From the NCBI GenBank assembly GCA_025201805.1, contig MU619238.1, forward strand, positions 261,970 through 325,969: a stretch of DNA of 64,000 nucleotides. Direction: 5' to 3'. The translations under genes and the position numbers were made by a program. This document shows positions 60,963 to 64,000 of this stretch, piece by piece (the stretch's first letter is position 1; every line of letters starts with the position of its first letter). The notes under the pieces are model-generated. The model was given only the letters and a program-made list of their open reading frames with translations. It did no database searches and was not told the origin of the DNA. Origin of the DNA: Parasitella parasitica NRRL 2501. Taxonomy: Eukaryota; Fungi; Mucoromycota.

Positions 60963-61034
60963 AGCATCTTGGCGCAGTGGCAGCGCGTTGGGCTCATAAC
61001 CCAAAGGTCGCCTGATCGAAACGGGCAGATGCTA
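60963..61034 (+). tRNA. Initiator tRNA-Met (CAT)
   Basis: 72 nt; A1:U72 acceptor stem AGCATCT/AGATGCT; anticodon arm TTGGG-CTCATAA-CCCAA with three G-C pairs; T-loop GATCGAAA typical of eukaryotic initiator tRNA; poly-T Pol III terminator immediately after. Confidence 0.97.
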
Positions 61035-61557
61035 CTTTTTTTATTAATTGTGATGTGTGGTGGTTGTAGACACTAAATTTCTTTAAGGATGTCGTGTGCA
61101 AATATGTTAGATTTAACAAATGTATTTAGAATCTTAAGTAATAGTAAAAGGATTCGTATAAAGTCTGTGCGTACTTGACAAGAAACCCCAAAAAGAAAAT
61201 ATCGGTGTACATACACACTTTTATAATGATTCGTATTACAGATTCATAAATATGAAACACCCAAGTTATTATTAAGAAACTTGATAATCTTTACTGCAGT
61301 TTGTTTTGTCGCTATACGGGTCCACATTCGCTATGAAGAAACTTATTAACATAAACCAAACCACATATATACATTGCTGTCAATCATAACTTGACCAGAA
61401 ATATCTGCATATATTATTTTAGTAAGAAGTAATTAGCAATTAGAAATGCTAACTTTGATAGAGATAATCATAGATAAAAAGCGCTATAAAATCGTTTATT
61501 CCTAAAATTACATTTTTGTGTGAATCTAAATTTTGATGAAAAATAAAAGCGTTCCAA

Positions 61558-64000
61558 CTATGTAGCCCTTTGTTTCCCTTTTGCTTTTCTTCTTTTCATT
61601 GCAGTTTTAACCTGATCTTCCTCGTTTTGTTTAGCTTGCGAAATAGAACGTTCAATTTCAGCATCAACCATATCAGTATTTTGAGCAACTTCATCTTGAT
61701 CATTGTCACCGTCGTCAACCTTTTCGAATTTTTCTCGTACTTTAGAATAATGGGCAAGTTCTGTCGCGGATACACTAGGAATAAGTTCCTCCAATGCCTT
61801 TACAAAATCAACTTCCTCAGCCTGAACAACAATTTCTTCGGGAGTTACTAAATGAGACAAATAGTATTGAGCCGTCAAAGGATTTGGAAGATCAGGTCTA
61901 TTTTCCTCATTCAACTTTTTAACTTTGACTTCAATTGAATCTGCTACACGGGTCATTGCTTTCAACATTGCATCGGAGCAAAGTGCATAGAAATCAGCAC
62001 CAGTGTAGTGGAAGGGGCAACGTTCTGCCACTTTACGGAGATCCAAGTCAGAGTGAAGGCGGAATCTATTATACAACAAGATTAGGTAAAAGTCCTCTAA
62101 AAGAAGATTAAACAACATACTTTCTGGTCAAGGCCTCAATGATTCTTAGTTGAGACTCATGGTCTTGGCTAACACCAAGATACAGGAGTTTATCAAATCT
62201 AGAAATGAACTTTTGTTAAAGCAGAATACTTGATCAAAAAATGTATTTTAACTTACCTTCCCGGACGTAATAAGGCAGGATCTAACAGATCAGGTCTGTT
62301 TGTAGCACCAATGACAAACACATCCCCAGCGCCAGCTTCTTCGCCACCTTCTCCCATACCATCCAACTCGGCCAATAATTGACTCACAATGCGATCCATT
62401 ACGCCCCCAGAGTCTCCCTTTTCGCCACGCTTAGGAGCAACAGAATCCAACTCGTCAAAGAAAATAACACAGGGCTTAGCATCACGAGCGCGTTGAAACA
62501 CGCGACGCACATTAGCTTCTGATTCACCAATGTACATGTTTAAGAGCTCAGGACCCTTGACAGAGAAAAAATTAAGGGAGCAAGACGTAGCAATTGCTTT
62601 AGCCAGCAAAGTTTTACCAGTTCCAGGAGGGCCATATAAAAGGATACCACTACGTTTTTTAAGACCAGCACCGAATAGCTCTGGATGTTCTAATGGTAAT
62701 TGTATGGTATCAAGAATATCGTCTTTCACATGAGCCATGCCTCCTACATCATCCCAAGTAACAGATGGAATCTGGTCTAGATTTTAGTGCTATGTATGTC
62801 ATTAGCGCCGCTTCTGACTCTTACCTTTGGTGCACCAATAGAGTCAGAATAGCTTGCTCTAGCCTCTCCTAACGCAGAGTCAAAATCAGCGGCTGTTAGC
62901 ACAATGCCTGCTGCTTGTATATCTTGAGTAGTAATAGCACTGGTATCTGAAAGAGATGCAAAAGAGCCTTCATCATCAGGTTCATCAGCTTTGCGGTGAC
63001 TTTATACAAACAACATGAATTATAATCCTTACGATACCATGCTTGAAATCTTCTACTTACATGGAGCGATCAATACGTTGTAGAGATAAAACACCGGCTC
63101 TGGCGACCAGATCAACAAGGTCTTTTGCTACTAGAGCAGCCGTTTGAGTAGCCAAATTAGAGAGAGAAATATCAGGTGCCAATGGACTGTCGTGTAGTAA
63201 ATTGTTCAAAATTTGCAAACGAGCTTGCTCATCAGGGGCTCTGATTGAGATCTCATGTCTGAAGCACGACAAAACACTTGAAGGTAAGGCATCTATATCA
63301 CCCGTAGTAGCAATAACCATGACTGGAAAACCCGTAGTTGCATGTGCCGCATTCACACTCTGAATACACTCTTGAAGGACAGTAGCTAGCAATGGCTCTT
63401 TTGGAATAAAGGAGCATTAGATAGCGGCTGCAAGTATCTACCAGTCTCACTTACCTTGCCCAGACTCCACAACAGCACTTTTCTTTGCCAATCCTTCCAT
63501 GTGCTTTAATAAGACAACGCACGGAGCTAGTGCTGCAGCCTTATCAAATTTCGCTCTCAAGTGAACTTCAGTTTTGGCATCAGTATCAGATACAATATCA
63601 TAAACTGAAAATTCAAACAAATGAACACCAAGATCCTCTACTACTTTCTTGACTAGTGTTGTTTTCCCTCCTCCTCGTGGGCCATGGAATAGTGCGTTGC
63701 AAGATAATTCAAAATCACGACCAAGAGGATGAAGTGACGAAGATACAAGCTCATGGAGTTGCTTGTAAGCTATTGATGTTGAGCTTGTTTGGGGTAGTTT
63801 CTTGGAAAAGTCATAATAGCAAGAAATTGGACCCGCAGGCACACGAGAATATTCAACTCCTGTTTGAACCATTTGCGTTTTACTGGGTACAATACGACGA
63901 CCTGAGCCATAGTAAGAGGGATGAACAGCAGAATCAGCATTTTCGCCTTGATCAAGTCGAGTTACTTTAAAATAAGCCAAACTAGTCGGCTTGATATAGG
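61558..64000 (-). CDS. PEX6: Peroxisomal AAA ATPase Pex6 (5' part outside the window)
   Basis: Degenerate D1 (HGPRGGGKT); D2 [85 protein letters not shown]. Confidence 0.96.

Overview
Eukaryotic, intron-rich, AT-rich fungal DNA. Gene content and intron style point to Mucorales (Mucor/Parasitella/Rhizopus-like); this is inferred from recalled homologies, not from a search. About 22 host genes: RPL38 (3' end), a LisH/CTLH protein, a coiled-coil protein carrying an eIF2B-epsilon-like HEAT/W2 domain, Prp18, a GDPD, an F-box protein, a divergent UFL1, Sho1, delta-6 desaturase, a divergent Rab11, Cce1/Ydc2, a CarS/Tsp3-like carotenoid oxygenase, Scj1, an amidohydrolase, Arp10, BiP, Pah1/lipin, an S8 subtilisin, hexokinase, TTC27/Emw1, Pex6 (partial) and several hypotheticals, plus an initiator tRNA-Met. 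The main find is a ~2 kb element at 44582-46551 with 24-bp self-palindromic TIRs and a TTA target-site duplication (PIF/Harbinger/Tourist-like ends). It carries an internally deleted, frameshifted Fanzor1 (TnpB-derived RNA-guided nuclease) followed by a structured omega-RNA-like 3' region; an 820-N assembly gap lies inside it. Other notable items: a stand-alone eIF2B-epsilon catalytic-like domain, a UFL1 apparently lacking its N-terminal helix, a Rab11 paralog with the catalytic Gln replaced by His, two GC-AG introns with identical donor context, Tc1-like and PD-(D/E)XK relics, and a diverged dispersed repeat containing an X-box-like motif.
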